Origin: an uncultured Nitrospinota bacterium
GTDB taxonomy: Bacteria; Tectomicrobia; Entotheonellia; J063; CAVPRW01
DNA length: 64,000 nt
NCBI GenBank assembly: GCA_963707985.1
Contig: CAVPRW010000031.1
Coordinates: 256,001-320,000, forward strand
Direction of reading: 5' to 3'
The translations under genes and the position numbers were made by a program. This document shows positions 49,398 through 59,830 of this stretch, piece after piece (position 1 is the first letter of the stretch; the number at the start of each line of letters is the position of its first letter). Under the pieces are notes generated by a model. That model searched no databases and was not told the DNA's origin. It saw nothing but the letters and a program-made list of their open reading frames with translations.

Positions 49398-52300
49398 TCA
49401 AGGGACATAGCCAAGATTGGGTGCCAGCCACTTCTCGACTTCCGTGAGCTCCATCCCTTTGCGCTTGGCATACGCTCTGACCTGATCCCGATCGACTCTC
49501 CCAACATTGAAATAGCGTGCCTGAGGATGGGCGAAGTACAAACCGCTCACCGTCGCCGCCGGCATCATGGCGGCGCTCTCGGTGAGGTACATGCCGGCCG
49601 CAGAGGCTTTAAGCTCGGCGAACAGCGTGCATTTCTCGCTATGATCGGGGCACGCAGGATAGCCAAGGGCGGGTCGAATGCCGCGATACTGCTGGCCGAT
49701 CAACGCTTCGAGGCTCAGCCGTTCGCTCGTCCCATAGCCCCACTCCCGCCGCACCCGTTGATGGAGATATTCGGCGAACGCTTCAGCCAGGCGATCGGCC
49801 AGGGCTTTGACCATGATCGCGTTGTAATCATCGTGGTCCTGCTCGAAGCGTCGAACAAGCGCATCCGCTCCCAGCCCGGCCGTAACGGCAAACCCACCCA
49901 GATAGTCGGCCAAACCGCTGTCGACGGGTGCAATGAAGTCGGCCAGGGACAGATAGGGACGCGTGTCGTTATGGACTTCCTGCTGCCGCAGCATATAAAA
50001 GCGAGCCAACTCCTGCCGCCGCGTGTCGTCGATGTAGAGGATGATGTCGTCGCCGTCGCTATTGGCGGGCCATAAGCCATAGACGCCCTTGGCGGTCAAC
50101 AGGCGTTCGTCGATGATGCGCTGCAACAGTTCCCTGGCGTTCGCATACAGCTCGCGCGCCGCCTCGCCGTATTGGGGATGCTCCAGGATCTGCGGAAATT
50201 TTCCCTTCAGCTCCCAGGCCACGAAGAGGAATGTCCAATCGATATACGAGGCGATCTCGGCCAGCGGTACATCATCCAGCAATCGACGGCCCGTAAATGA
50301 CGGCACAGAAATGTCGGTTGGACGCCACTCGATCTTCAGCCGTCCGGCAAGCGCCGCGTCGTATGGGACCAGAACGCTCTCGCGCCTCCTCGCAAAGACA
50401 GCGCGCAAGCGCTCATGCTCATCGCGAGCCGCTTGATCGAAGGTCTCACGCTGTTTGGGATCGAGCAGGCTCGCCACCACCCCGACGGCGCGTGAAGCAT
50501 CGAGCACGTGCACAGTGCTCTGGCTGAACTGCGGGGCGATCTTCACGGCCGTATGCTGCGCGCTGGTCGTCGCGCCCCCGATCAGCAGCGGGAGGGTAAA
50601 CCCCCGACGCTGCATTTCTTTGGCAACGAACACCATCTCGTCGAGGGACGGGGTAATGAGCCCACTTAAGCCGACGACATCGGCTTGCACATCGAGGGCC
50701 GTCTGCAATATCTTATCGCAGGGCACCATGACACCGAGGTCGATGACCTGATAATTGTTGCAGCCAAGCACGACACCGACGATGTTCTTGCCGATATCGT
50801 GCACATCGCCTTTGACCGTCGCCAGCACGACCGTGCCCTGCGAGGTGGGTTTGCCCGCATCCCCCTTCTCCGCCTCCATAAAGGGCAGGAGATAGGCCAC
50901 CGCCTTCTTCATGGCCCGTGCACTCTTCACCACTTGCGGTAGGAACATCTTGCCGGCGCCAAAGAGATCGCCAACGATCTGCATGCCGCTCATCAGCGGA
51001 CCTTCAATGATCTCCAGGGGGCGGGCATAGCGCTGCCGTGCTTCTTCTAGATCAAGATCGAGGAATTCAACCTCACCTTTGACCACGGCATAAGATAAGC
51101 GCTCCTCAACGCTGCCCTCACGCCACGACAGGTCGAGTGCCTTTTTCTGGCCCTCTCCCTTAACGGTCTCAGCCAGAGTGATCATGCGTTCGGTCGCATC
51201 TGCTCGACGATCGAAGAGCAAGTCCTCGACATGTTCGAGCAAGTCCTTGGGAATTTCCTCGTAGATCCCGAGCTGCCCGGCGTTGACAATCCCCATGTCC
51301 ATGCCGGCCCGGATAGCATGGTAGAGAAAGGCCGAGTGGATCGCCTCACGTACCAGGTCGTTGCCGCGGAAGGCAAAGGAGAGATTGCTCACACCTCCGC
51401 TGATCTTGGCTCCGGGGCAGGTCTGCTTGATCATCGTGGTGGCCTTGAGGTAATTGATGGCGAAGCGATTATGCTCCTCGATACCGGTGCCGATGGCCAG
51501 GATGTTCGGATCAAAGATGATGTCGTGCGGATCGAATCCCACCCGTTCGGTGAGGAGGTGGTAGGCCCGCTGGCAGATTGCGACTTTGCGCTCAACGGTT
51601 TCCGCCTGTCCCTGCTCATCAAAGGCCATCACCACTACGCCGGCGCCATAACGCTTGATGCGTCGGGCTTTATCGAGGAAGTCCTGCTCGCCTTCTTTGA
51701 GGCTGATGGAGTTGACGATGCCCTTGCCCTGCACGCACTTCAATCCAGCCTCGATCACCGACCATTTGGAGCTATCGACCATGATCGGCAGCCGTGCGAT
51801 CTCCGGCTCGGTGGCCAGCAGATTGAGAAATGTGGTCATGGCCTGCTCGGAGTCGAGCATCGCCTCGTCCATGTTCACATCCAGAATGTTGGCGCCCCCC
51901 CGCACCTGGTCCAGGGCCACGTCCATCGCCGCTGTGAAATCGCCGCTTTTGATCAAGCGCGCAAAACGGCGTGAGCCGGTGACATTGGTGCGCTCACCGA
52001 TCATGATGAAGTTGCTGTCCGGGCGGATGGTCAGCGTCTCTAGCCCACTGAATTGGGTGTAACGCTCCGCTGGTTGTGGCACGACTCGCGGTGCCATGCC
52101 CTCGACCGCCTGGGCGATGGCGCGAATATGATCAGGGGTGGTGCCACAGCAGCCACCGAGAATGTTGACCAGGCCGCTGGCGGCAAACTCACGCAGCAAG
52201 CCAGCGGTCGTTTCCGCCTGTTCATCATAGTCGCCGAAAGCGTTCGGCAGCCCCGCGTTCGGGTAGCAACTCACATATGTCGTAGCGATTTTCGCCAGTT

Positions 52301-53084
52301 CGGCCATGTAGGGTCGCATCTCGCTGGCGCCAAGCGCGCAATTGATGCCAACGCAAAAAGGTTGCGTCTGGGCGATAGAAGTCCAGAAGGCGTCGATCGT
52401 CTGTCCCGACAACGTACGTCCGCTGCGGTCCGTGATGGTCACCGAAATCAGCAGCGGTAGCGTCACACCCTTTTCGTCGAATAACTCCTGGATGGCCACA
52501 AGGGCGGCCTTGGCGTTGAGGGTGTCGAAGATCGTCTCGAGGACCAGGAGGTCCACACCACCGTCGATCAGGCCACGCACTTGTTCAGCATAGGTCGCGC
52601 GGAGTTGATCGAACGTCAAGGCGCGGAAGGCTGGGTCGTTGACATCGGGCGACAGCGACAGCGTACGATTGGTAGGACCAATGGCGCCGGCGACAAAGCG
52701 CGGTTTCTGCGGTGTGCGGGCGGTCCACTCTGCCGTGGCTTGTTTGGCCAGCCGAGCAGCCTGCAAGTTGATCTCATACACCACGGCTTGCAGGCCGTAA
52801 TCGGCCTGCGCCACGGCGGTGGCGGTAAACGTATTGGTTTCGATGATATCGCTGCCAGCCGCGAGATAGGCGTGATGGATGCCTGAGATGACGTCTGGGC
52901 GGGTCAGCGTCAACAGATCATTATCCCCTTGGACATCGTGAGCGTGATCCTTAAACCGCTCCCCACGGAAGGCCGCTTCGTCGAGTCGGTGGCACTGGAT
53001 CATGGTGCCCATAGCGCCATCCATAATCAGGATGCGCTCAGAGAGCAAGGTTTCGAGGAGCTGGCGCTGAGGTACAGTCACCAT
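49398..53084 (-). CDS. metH: Cobalamin-dependent methionine synthase
   Basis: [26 protein letters not shown]12-binding [16 protein letters not shown], activation domain [11 protein letters not shown]. Confidence 0.98.
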   Translation of the reverse strand: MVTVPQRQLLETLLSERILIMDGAMGTMIQCHRLDEAAFRGERFKDHAHDVQGDNDLLTLTRPDVISGIHHAYLAAGSDIIETNTFTATAVAQADYGLQAVVYEINLQAARLAKQATAEWTARTPQKPRFVAGAIGPTNRTLSLSPDVNDPAFRALTFDQLRATYAEQVRGLIDGGVDLLVLETIFDTLNAKAALVAIQELFDEKGVTLPLLISVTITDRSGRTLSGQTIDAFWTSIAQTQPFCVGINCALGASEMRPYMAELAKIATTYVSCYPNAGLPNAFGDYDEQAETTAGLLREFAASGLVNILGGCCGTTPDHIRAIAQAVEGMAPRVVPQPAERYTQFSGLETLTIRPDSNFIMIGERTNVTGSRRFARLIKSGDFTAAMDVALDQVRGGANILDVNMDEAMLDSEQAMTTFLNLLATEPEIARLPIMVDSSKWSVIEAGLKCVQGKGIVNSISLKEGEQDFLDKARRIKRYGAGVVVMAFDEQGQAETVERKVAICQRAYHLLTERVGFDPHDIIFDPNILAIGTGIEEHNRFAINYLKATTMIKQTCPGAKISGGVSNLSFAFRGNDLVREAIHSAFLYHAIRAGMDMGIVNAGQLGIYEEIPKDLLEHVEDLLFDRRADATERMITLAETVKGEGQKKALDLSWREGSVEERLSYAVVKGEVEFLDLDLEEARQRYARPLEIIEGPLMSGMQIVGDLFGAGKMFLPQVVKSARAMKKAVAYLLPFMEAEKGDAGKPTSQGTVVLATVKGDVHDIGKNIVGVVLGCNNYQVIDLGVMVPCDKILQTALDVQADVVGLSGLITPSLDEMVFVAKEMQRRGFTLPLLIGGATTSAQHTAVKIAPQFSQSTVHVLDASRAVGVVASLLDPKQRETFDQAARDEHERLRAVFARRRESVLVPYDAALAGRLKIEWRPTDISVPSFTGRRLLDDVPLAEIASYIDWTFLFVAWELKGKFPQILEHPQYGEAARELYANARELLQRIIDERLLTAKGVYGLWPANSDGDDIILYIDDTRRQELARFYMLRQQEVHNDTRPYLSLADFIAPVDSGLADYLGGFAVTAGLGADALVRRFEQDHDDYNAIMVKALADRLAEAFAEYLHQRVRREWGYGTSERLSLEALIGQQYRGIRPALGYPACPDHSEKCTLFAELKASAAGMYLTESAAMMPAATVSGLYFAHPQARYFNVGRVDRDQVRAYAKRKGMELTEVEKWLAPNLGYVP

Positions 53085-53176
53085 ATCGAGATCATTCCCT
53101 ACTGGGGTGTGGACGGAGGTGATCCGCGGTCAAGCGCTGGTCATCCTCCTGGCTACACCGAGACATTTGCGCTCCA

Positions 53177-54220
53177 TTATGGATAGATGCCGGGAAACTT
53201 CAGCCCGGTTTCCTCCGGCAGTCCACACATGAGATTCAGATTCTGTACCGCCTGACCGGCGGCGCCCTTGCCTAAATTGTCAATGACGGCGATAGCGATG
53301 GCCACCCCGGCACGCTGATTCACTCTAACAGCGACGTCGCAGAAATTCGAGCCCAGGGTAGCCTTGGTCTCGGGTAGCGCATTCTCGAGCACACGAACGA
53401 AGGGTTCACGCGCATACGTTTGTCGATAGAGCGCGAGCGCGTCAGGCTCCGACAGATCACTCGCCAGTGGGGCGTACGCCGTGACCAGAATGCCTCGTGT
53501 CATCGGGATGAGGTGTGGGGTGAAGACGACTTGCACGGTCGTCCCGGCGATGCCCGACAGCTCCTGCTCGATCTCCGCCGTATGGTTATGTCCCACCACG
53601 CTGTAGGCTTTGACGTTCTCGTTGGTCTCGGAAAACCCCAACCCGCCGCCACCTCCACGTCCTGCGCCCGACACGCCGGACTTGGCGTCGATGATGATCC
53701 CCTGGGGACGTACTTTGCCAGCACGCAACAAGGGCGCCAACGCCAGAATGGCCGCCGCCGGATAGCAGCCGGGATCCGCCACCAAGCGGGCACGGGCGAT
53801 CGCGTCGCGATGCAGTTCCGAGAGACCATACACCGCCTCGTCCAGATACTCCGGAGCGGTGTGCGTGAGCTTGTACCATTGGGGATAGAGCTCAGGCTGT
53901 TTCAGCCTGAAATCGGCGGCGACATCGATCACCTTGGTGCCCTGTTTCAGTAAGTCCGGCACCAGGCTCATGGCCATGCCGCTGGGCAGCGACACAATGG
54001 TTACGTCTGACTCACCGCCGATGCGTTCGAGATCAGCCTCGACCATGGTTTGATCCACAAAGCCGCGCAGGTTCGGATAGAGAGTAGACATGGCCGTGCC
54101 CTTCTTGGTCTCCGCCGTCACATGCACGAGCTGTACGAGTGGGTGCGTTGCGAGCAGACGCACCGTCTCCGCCCCCCCATACCCCGAGGCCCCGATCACA
54201 CTGACTTTAATCCTGTCCAC
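53177..54220 (-). CDS. argC: N-acetyl-gamma-glutamyl-phosphate reductase
   Basis: GASGYGG.E.VRLL..HP, AVYGL.E, PGCYP, DAKSGVSGAGR, FTPHL.PM.RGI, IDNL.KGAAGQAVQN.N. Confidence 0.96.
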   Translation of the reverse strand: MDRIKVSVIGASGYGGAETVRLLATHPLVQLVHVTAETKKGTAMSTLYPNLRGFVDQTMVEADLERIGGESDVTIVSLPSGMAMSLVPDLLKQGTKVIDVAADFRLKQPELYPQWYKLTHTAPEYLDEAVYGLSELHRDAIARARLVADPGCYPAAAILALAPLLRAGKVRPQGIIIDAKSGVSGAGRGGGGGLGFSETNENVKAYSVVGHNHTAEIEQELSGIAGTTVQVVFTPHLIPMTRGILVTAYAPLASDLSEPDALALYRQTYAREPFVRVLENALPETKATLGSNFCDVAVRVNQRAGVAIAIAVIDNLGKGAAGQAVQNLNLMCGLPEETGLKFPGIYP

Positions 54221-54297
54221 CGATGTTCTCCCAGTACCCTGATGCGTCCGCCAGCTTCGTCAATAGTTTGCCTCCCCCAGGGGGAGGAGGAATTTGG

Positions 54298-55539
54298 CTA
54301 TGATACCGCCACGACAGTCTTCCGCTCCCGCATCAACACAGCCAACGGTGCGGCACCCATGGTCAGGAACCCCAAGAGGATCATCGTCCATCCCAACCCC
54401 GCAACATCCCCGAGCCAACCATACAGCACTGGAGCGACCATCCCAGACCCCTGATAGAGCATATAGAACAACCCGTAACCGCGAGTACGCGCCTCAGGCG
54501 AGACCAGCTCGGCCACGGTAGCGTAGAGCACCGATGACGTGCCATTCAAGAACACACCCAGGACCGGTAGCAGGAACAGCGCTGCCGTAAGCGGCAGCGG
54601 CAAGAGCGCCAGAATCGACAGGCCGGTAAGGAGCTCCGTCACCACCACCATACGCACCGCCCCAAGGCGCTCCGCCAGCGGACCGCAGACGAACTTGCCG
54701 CAGGCCCCACCAGCAAACACCAAGGTAAATAACAAACCCATTTGCTCGGGGCTGGCGCCTTTCTGAGCCAGCAAGAAGGGCACAAAGGTGAGGAACGCCG
54801 CGCGCGCCGAATCATCCAGCATGCCCACCGCCACCAGTCCACCAAAGCGCTTGCGATCGGTAATACCCCAACCGCGTACCTTTTGCCGCTGCATGCCGGC
54901 ATCAGCCGTGTGTTGCGCCAGGCGCTCCTGAGACTTGCCTCCCATCCAGACCACCAGCGCCGCGACCAGACCGAAGGCTCCCAGGAGCTCGACCGAAGCG
55001 CGCCAGCTCAGGACCAGAATTATCCCACTCAACAGTGCCGGGAAAACCACCTTGCCGACGTCCCCAGCGAAATTATAGGTGCCCATGGCGGTGCGTCTTC
55101 CCTGCGCTTCGTAGGCGCGTGAAACCAGGGAAGAGGACAGAGGGTGCTGTAGGCTGGCGCCGACGCCGATGAGCAGGCAGAGTGACGCCACCGTTGGAAA
55201 TGACCAAGCCGGCGACAGCAGCAGGAAGGCGCCGGATAGGGTCGCCAGCCCGAGGGCTAGCATACGTCGCTCACCGACGCGCTCGGCGATGATTCCCCCC
55301 GGTAGTTGAAAGAGGCTCTGGCCTCCAGAGATCAAGGTCTTGAGAAACCCCACCTGGGCATAGGAGAGCTGCAGGTCGGTGGCAATGAGGGGGAGCAACA
55401 AGTACATGGCGCTGGTATAGCCATCATGGATCGCATGCATGATGCAGCACAGGAGCAACACCACCTGCTGCTGCGCCAACCCCTGTTGGGCAAGAACAGT
55501 CATTGGAGCGGCAAATTGTCGCAAACGAGAGGTCATCAC
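54298..55539 (-). CDS. MFS transporter (Fsr-like; alternative start 55503)
   Basis: About 12 TM segments; H..HD.Y, G.IAER.GERR, HP, R.AMG.YNF.GD.GK, G.LAERLG. Confidence 0.88.
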   Translation of the reverse strand: MMTSRLRQFAAPMTVLAQQGLAQQQVVLLLCCIMHAIHDGYTSAMYLLLPLIATDLQLSYAQVGFLKTLISGGQSLFQLPGGIIAERVGERRMLALGLATLSGAFLLLSPAWSFPTVASLCLLIGVGASLQHPLSSSLVSRAYEAQGRRTAMGTYNFAGDVGKVVFPALLSGIILVLSWRASVELLGAFGLVAALVVWMGGKSQERLAQHTADAGMQRQKVRGWGITDRKRFGGLVAVGMLDDSARAAFLTFVPFLLAQKGASPEQMGLLFTLVFAGGACGKFVCGPLAERLGAVRMVVVTELLTGLSILALLPLPLTAALFLLPVLGVFLNGTSSVLYATVAELVSPEARTRGYGLFYMLYQGSGMVAPVLYGWLGDVAGLGWTMILLGFLTMGAAPLAVLMRERKTVVAVS

Positions 55540-55991
55540 GCACTCCCACAGGTGCAGCCATCACGAACCATTGGCGGAGACACCGCGAACGCCAGCACCT
55601 CGAAAGGTCACGCACAAATTCGAAGAAGAGGTCATCATACCATATTTGAGATGGCACTGAAATGGAGATGTTGGGTGCAGCTGGGCCCAAACGGCATGAC
55701 GCACTCCGCTGTTCATGCAGCTCCTAAAGGCATCCTGCTTCTCGGATATTTAAGTATATTTTAATCTATTTTTATCAAAAAGATGATATACTCATGCCCG
55801 CGATAGGCACCCCTAGGTTCGAATTGTGCTTTCGGATTCGACCGCCGGACGATTGGCAACGTCTGGGTAAGTGGCCACCGCATGTGTGGTGCGCACGGAA
55901 AACCATTTGCAGGGCGTGTCCTGGGTGAAACGTCCTCTTCCAGAGCTGCTGTACCCCGTCACCACCTCTGAACAAACAGATAGGAGGAACC

Positions 55992-56924
55992 ATGGAACAC
56001 CCGAACGGGCAGGACCGGCAGACCGAGGTCACGGTGTTAAAGTGGGAACAGCGGAAAGAATTCGTCGGTTTCACCGATGACGACGCGCTGTTACTGCGCG
56101 ACTTGAGTCCCCTTAGCGAAACTTACGCAGACGAAGTCGTGGAGGACCTGTATCGACAGTTCTTGCGCTTCGACGAGACGAGGGCCTTCTTCCCGGATGA
56201 CGCCACGTTGAAACATGTGAAGGCGATGCAGAAGCAATACTTCCTCGGTCTGACGGTCGGGGACTACGGCCAAGAGTATCTGGCGAACCGCCTACACGTT
56301 GGGCGCGTCCACCAGCGTATTGGGTTGTCACCGCGCTGGTACATAGGGGCATATTCGCTCTACATGCAGTCGGTGATCCCCCGCGTGATAGCCGCCTTTG
56401 GATCCGACCTGAAGAAGGCGCAGCGCACGATCATCGCGCTGCTCAAACTCATTCAGTTGGACGAGGAATTGGCCATCACCACTTACATTGCGGCCTCTGA
56501 GGCGGTCATCGCTCGGCAATCCCGAGAGATTTTGGAGATTTCCACACCGGTCGTGCGAGTCTGGGAGGGGGTGATCGTCGCGCCGCTCATTGGCATGCTG
56601 GATACCCAACGCGCGCAGCAGTTTACGGAGCGGCTATTGACTCGCGTCGTGGAGACGAGGTCGTCGGTAGCACTGGTGGACATCACTGGGGTACCGATGG
56701 TCGACACGCACACGGCTCAGTACCTCCTTGAGGCCATCGCCGCGGTACGGCTGCTGGGCGCACAGTTAGTGTTGACGGGCGTGCGTCCGACGATCGCCCG
56801 GACGCTCGTGCACTTAGGTATTGACCTCGAAGGCGTCGTCACACGGGCATCGCTGGAAGCTGGGCTGCGCTTCGCGATGGAAAGCATGCATCTGCAAGAT
56901 GCGGCCAGAGATGGGCAGCGGTAG
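55992..56924 (+). CDS. rsbR: Globin-coupled stressosome sensor RsbR (protoglobin + STAS)
   Basis: Globin: K.FVGFT..D, R..VG.VH.RIGL.P.WY; STAS: EISTPVV.VW.G....PLIG.LDT.RA, DITGVP.VDT. Confidence 0.9.
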   Translation: MEHPNGQDRQTEVTVLKWEQRKEFVGFTDDDALLLRDLSPLSETYADEVVEDLYRQFLRFDETRAFFPDDATLKHVKAMQKQYFLGLTVGDYGQEYLANRLHVGRVHQRIGLSPRWYIGAYSLYMQSVIPRVIAAFGSDLKKAQRTIIALLKLIQLDEELAITTYIAASEAVIARQSREILEISTPVVRVWEGVIVAPLIGMLDTQRAQQFTERLLTRVVETRSSVALVDITGVPMVDTHTAQYLLEAIAAVRLLGAQLVLTGVRPTIARTLVHLGIDLEGVVTRASLEAGLRFAMESMHLQDAARDGQR

Positions 56925-56972
56925 CACGGACATGGCCACGTGCCTAGGAAATAGCGGCAAAGGGGAGACGCC

Positions 56973-57344
56973 ATGGCGGAGGAAGGCATTTCGGTCGTCA
57001 AAGTGCGCGACGTGCTGATGGTTACCATGCCGGCTGACCCTGATGATGCGAGCGTGTCGGCGCTCCAAATGAAAGTGCTCCAGATGATGGAGCAGTACGA
57101 AGCGACGGGGCTGGTGTTGGACATCTCTGCGGTCGAGACGCTCGATTCCTTTTTCGCCAGGACAGTAACGGAAACGGCCCAGATGGCGGCGCTGATGGGG
57201 GGGCGCACGGTCATTGCCGGGATGCGCCCAAGCGTTGCCATCACCGCCACTCAGTTGGGGTTGACGCTGGGCCGCGCAATGAGCGCGTTGGACGTGGACC
57301 GTGCGCTGGAGACATTGACCGATGCGGGCCAGGGGAAGCGATAG
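56973..57344 (+). CDS. rsbS: Stressosome STAS protein RsbS
   Basis: GLVLDISAVE.LDSFFAR......A.LMG..TV.AGMRP.VAIT...LG. Confidence 0.9.
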   Translation: MAEEGISVVKVRDVLMVTMPADPDDASVSALQMKVLQMMEQYEATGLVLDISAVETLDSFFARTVTETAQMAALMGGRTVIAGMRPSVAITATQLGLTLGRAMSALDVDRALETLTDAGQGKR

Positions 57345-57346
57345 CT

Positions 57347-57775
57347 ATGAGCGCTGAGCATGCGGGGGAAGTGCGGATTCACTCGGAGAGCGACATCGTT
57401 GAGGCCCGCAGGACTGTTCGCACTGCGGCGACCCAAATGGGCTTCGGCATCACGGATGTCACACGCATCGCCACTGTCGCCTCGGAGTTGGCACGCAATG
57501 TCTTTCTGTATGCTGGGTCAGGCATCATGCGTTGGCGGGCACTAGATACGGGGGGTAGGATCGGCATCGAGCTGACGTTTAAAGATAGCGGCCCGGGCAT
57601 CACTGACGTTGAGCAGGCGATGCAAGGAGGTTATACCACCAGGGACGGGTTGGGGATGGGATTGCCGGGCGCCAAGCGCTTGATGGACGAGTTTGAGATC
57701 GCCTCCGAGAGCGGCAAAGGCACCATCGTGACAGCGAAGAAGTGGCACAGACGCTTGGGAGAGAACACCTCATGA
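57347..57775 (+). CDS. rsbT: RsbT serine/threonine kinase
   Basis: I.SE.DIV.AR, D.TRI.TV.SELARN...YAG.G, D.GPGI.DVE.AM..GYTT..GLGMGLPGAKRLMDEF. Confidence 0.93.
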   Translation: MSAEHAGEVRIHSESDIVEARRTVRTAATQMGFGITDVTRIATVASELARNVFLYAGSGIMRWRALDTGGRIGIELTFKDSGPGITDVEQAMQGGYTTRDGLGMGLPGAKRLMDEFEIASESGKGTIVTAKKWHRRLGENTS

Positions 57776-58815
57776 TACAGGCGTCTATGCATCATTTGCC
57801 ACCTGTACTGATCGCAGTCGTCCATGGCAGCGATGTGAACGAGGCACGCCAGAGGGCTCAGGTGATGGCGCTGGCCATCGGCTTTGACGAGACGGTAAGC
57901 GCTGAGGTAGCCCTCGCCGTGAGCGAGCTCGGCGCCAATCTGCTGAGGCGTACCAAGGGGGGGACGCTGACGCTGACGCTACTCGTCGATGGCCGGCGCG
58001 TCGGCATGCAGGTCATTTCGCAGGACCGCGGCCCTGGCATCGCGGATATAGAACAAGCGCTGCGGAATGGCTTTTCGACGGCGGGCGGTTTGGGCTATGG
58101 CTTGGGCACGATAAACCGCCTCATGGATGAGTTAGACATTGTGTCAGAGCCGGGGACGAACGGGGGCACGCGAATCACCTGTAAGCGCTGGCTGCGCGCC
58201 GATGTACGCCGGACGATGCCTGGCCCGCTGACCTTTGGCGCAGCCAGTCGGCCACATCCGAGGATGACGGAGAACGGTGATGCCTTCGTGATCAAGTGCT
58301 GGGGCGAGGGTGCGCTGGTGGCGGTGATCGATGGTTTGGGACACGGGCCCTTGGCCCAGCGCGCGGCGCAGACGGCGCGACAATACGTGGAGGGCCATGT
58401 CGATCAACCGTTGGATCTTATTTTTCGCGGTGTCGGCCGTACTTGCCGTGCCACGCGTGGTGTGGTGATGGCGCTGGCGCGCTTCGATTGGGGTGGGACA
58501 CAACTGACCTTCGCCAGCATCGGTAACATCGAAGTGCGCGTGTTCGGGAGTGTTGAACCGATGAATTTTCCGGTCCGCCGTGGCATCGTCGGCGTCAACG
58601 CCCCCAACCCCGCGGTCATACAACATCGTTGGCAGCCAAACCATGTCTTAGTCCTCCACTCTGATGGCCTAACGACGCTTTGGCGATGGCAAGATTTTCC
58701 AGACCTCAGGAGGGCTTCGGCATCGGTGATGGCCCGGCGTCTATTACAGGCGCTGGCCAAAGATGATGACGATGCAACGGTTCTGGTCGTCAAAGGGGAG
58801 GATGAGATGCGGTGA
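57772..58815 (+). CDS. rsbX: RsbT-like HATPase fused to a SpoIIE/PP2C phosphatase (RsbX-like)
   Basis: N-terminal SELG.N, D.GPGI, GLG.GLG; C-terminal NGD, DGLGHG, HSDGL, DDDAT; ATGA overlap with rsbT. Confidence 0.8.
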   Translation: MIQASMHHLPPVLIAVVHGSDVNEARQRAQVMALAIGFDETVSAEVALAVSELGANLLRRTKGGTLTLTLLVDGRRVGMQVISQDRGPGIADIEQALRNGFSTAGGLGYGLGTINRLMDELDIVSEPGTNGGTRITCKRWLRADVRRTMPGPLTFGAASRPHPRMTENGDAFVIKCWGEGALVAVIDGLGHGPLAQRAAQTARQYVEGHVDQPLDLIFRGVGRTCRATRGVVMALARFDWGGTQLTFASIGNIEVRVFGSVEPMNFPVRRGIVGVNAPNPAVIQHRWQPNHVLVLHSDGLTTLWRWQDFPDLRRASASVMARRLLQALAKDDDDATVLVVKGEDEMR

Positions 58816-59807
58816 GTGCGCATGTCTGGGAACAACGATTCGAAGCAGCGCAGGAAACCATTCGCCGGCTGCAAGATGAGCTAGCCGAGACCAACCGTGG
58901 CCTACTCGCCCTGACCATGGAGTTGGAAGAGCGGGTGGAAGAGCGCACCGCAGAGCTGCGCGCGGCACACGAGAAATTGGAACGGACCAATTCTGAGTTG
59001 CTGCAGTTGACCTTGGAGCTGGACGACCGCGTCGCGGCACGCACCGCAGAGCTGCGGGCAAAGGACGAAGAGATTAGGGCGATGTCGCAACAACTTTGGC
59101 AAACCGCCAAGCTCGCAACCATGGGAGAGTTGGCAGCGAGCATCGCCCACGAACTGAACAATCCCCTGGCCACGGTGAGCTTGCGCGTTGAGATGCTGCT
59201 AGGACAAATGGCTCCCGATGCACCCCAGCGGCGGGCCCTCGAAGTTATCGTACGGGAGGTCCAGCGCATGGGGCAGCTCGTCGGCAATCTACTGCAGTCC
59301 ACACGCCGCGGCCAACAGCAAGTTTCCACGCTGGACGTGCGCGAGGAGATCGAGTGCACACTGGAATTGATTCACTACCACCTGCGCAACCATCACATCG
59401 CTGTCGTGTGCCAGTTTGCGCCCGACGTGCCGATGGTGCAGGCCGATCGTCAGCAGTTACGACAGCTGTTCCTGAATCTGTTCGCCAACGCCAGCGACGC
59501 CATGCCCCAGGGCGGAACGTTGACGCTGCAGGTGAAGACGGATCCCCCCGCTCAGCAAATCGAGATCGCTATCTCCGACACGGGTATGGGGATCGCGGCC
59601 GAGGATTTACCGCGGGTGATGGAGCCATTCTTCACATCCAAGCCAGAAGGCCGAGGAACAGGCTTGGGGTTACCGATCTGTCGGCGCATCGTGCAAGAGC
59701 ATCAAGGCGCCCTTTACATTGTGAGCACAGTCTACGAAGGGACCACAGTATTGGTCACGCTGCCCACCCAGCATAAACAGCACGGAGCATCTTTCATTGA
59801 GGCCTAG
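58812..59807 (+). CDS. Sensor-less cytoplasmic histidine kinase
   Basis: Duplicated coiled-coil N-terminus; [21 protein letters not shown]-box, N box, DTGMGI, PFFTSK, GTGLGL. Confidence 0.92.
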   Translation: MSAHVWEQRFEAAQETIRRLQDELAETNRGLLALTMELEERVEERTAELRAAHEKLERTNSELLQLTLELDDRVAARTAELRAKDEEIRAMSQQLWQTAKLATMGELAASIAHELNNPLATVSLRVEMLLGQMAPDAPQRRALEVIVREVQRMGQLVGNLLQSTRRGQQQVSTLDVREEIECTLELIHYHLRNHHIAVVCQFAPDVPMVQADRQQLRQLFLNLFANASDAMPQGGTLTLQVKTDPPAQQIEIAISDTGMGIAAEDLPRVMEPFFTSKPEGRGTGLGLPICRRIVQEHQGALYIVSTVYEGTTVLVTLPTQHKQHGASFIEA

Positions 59808-59830
59808 AAGGGTTACTGGCGAGGTGCATC

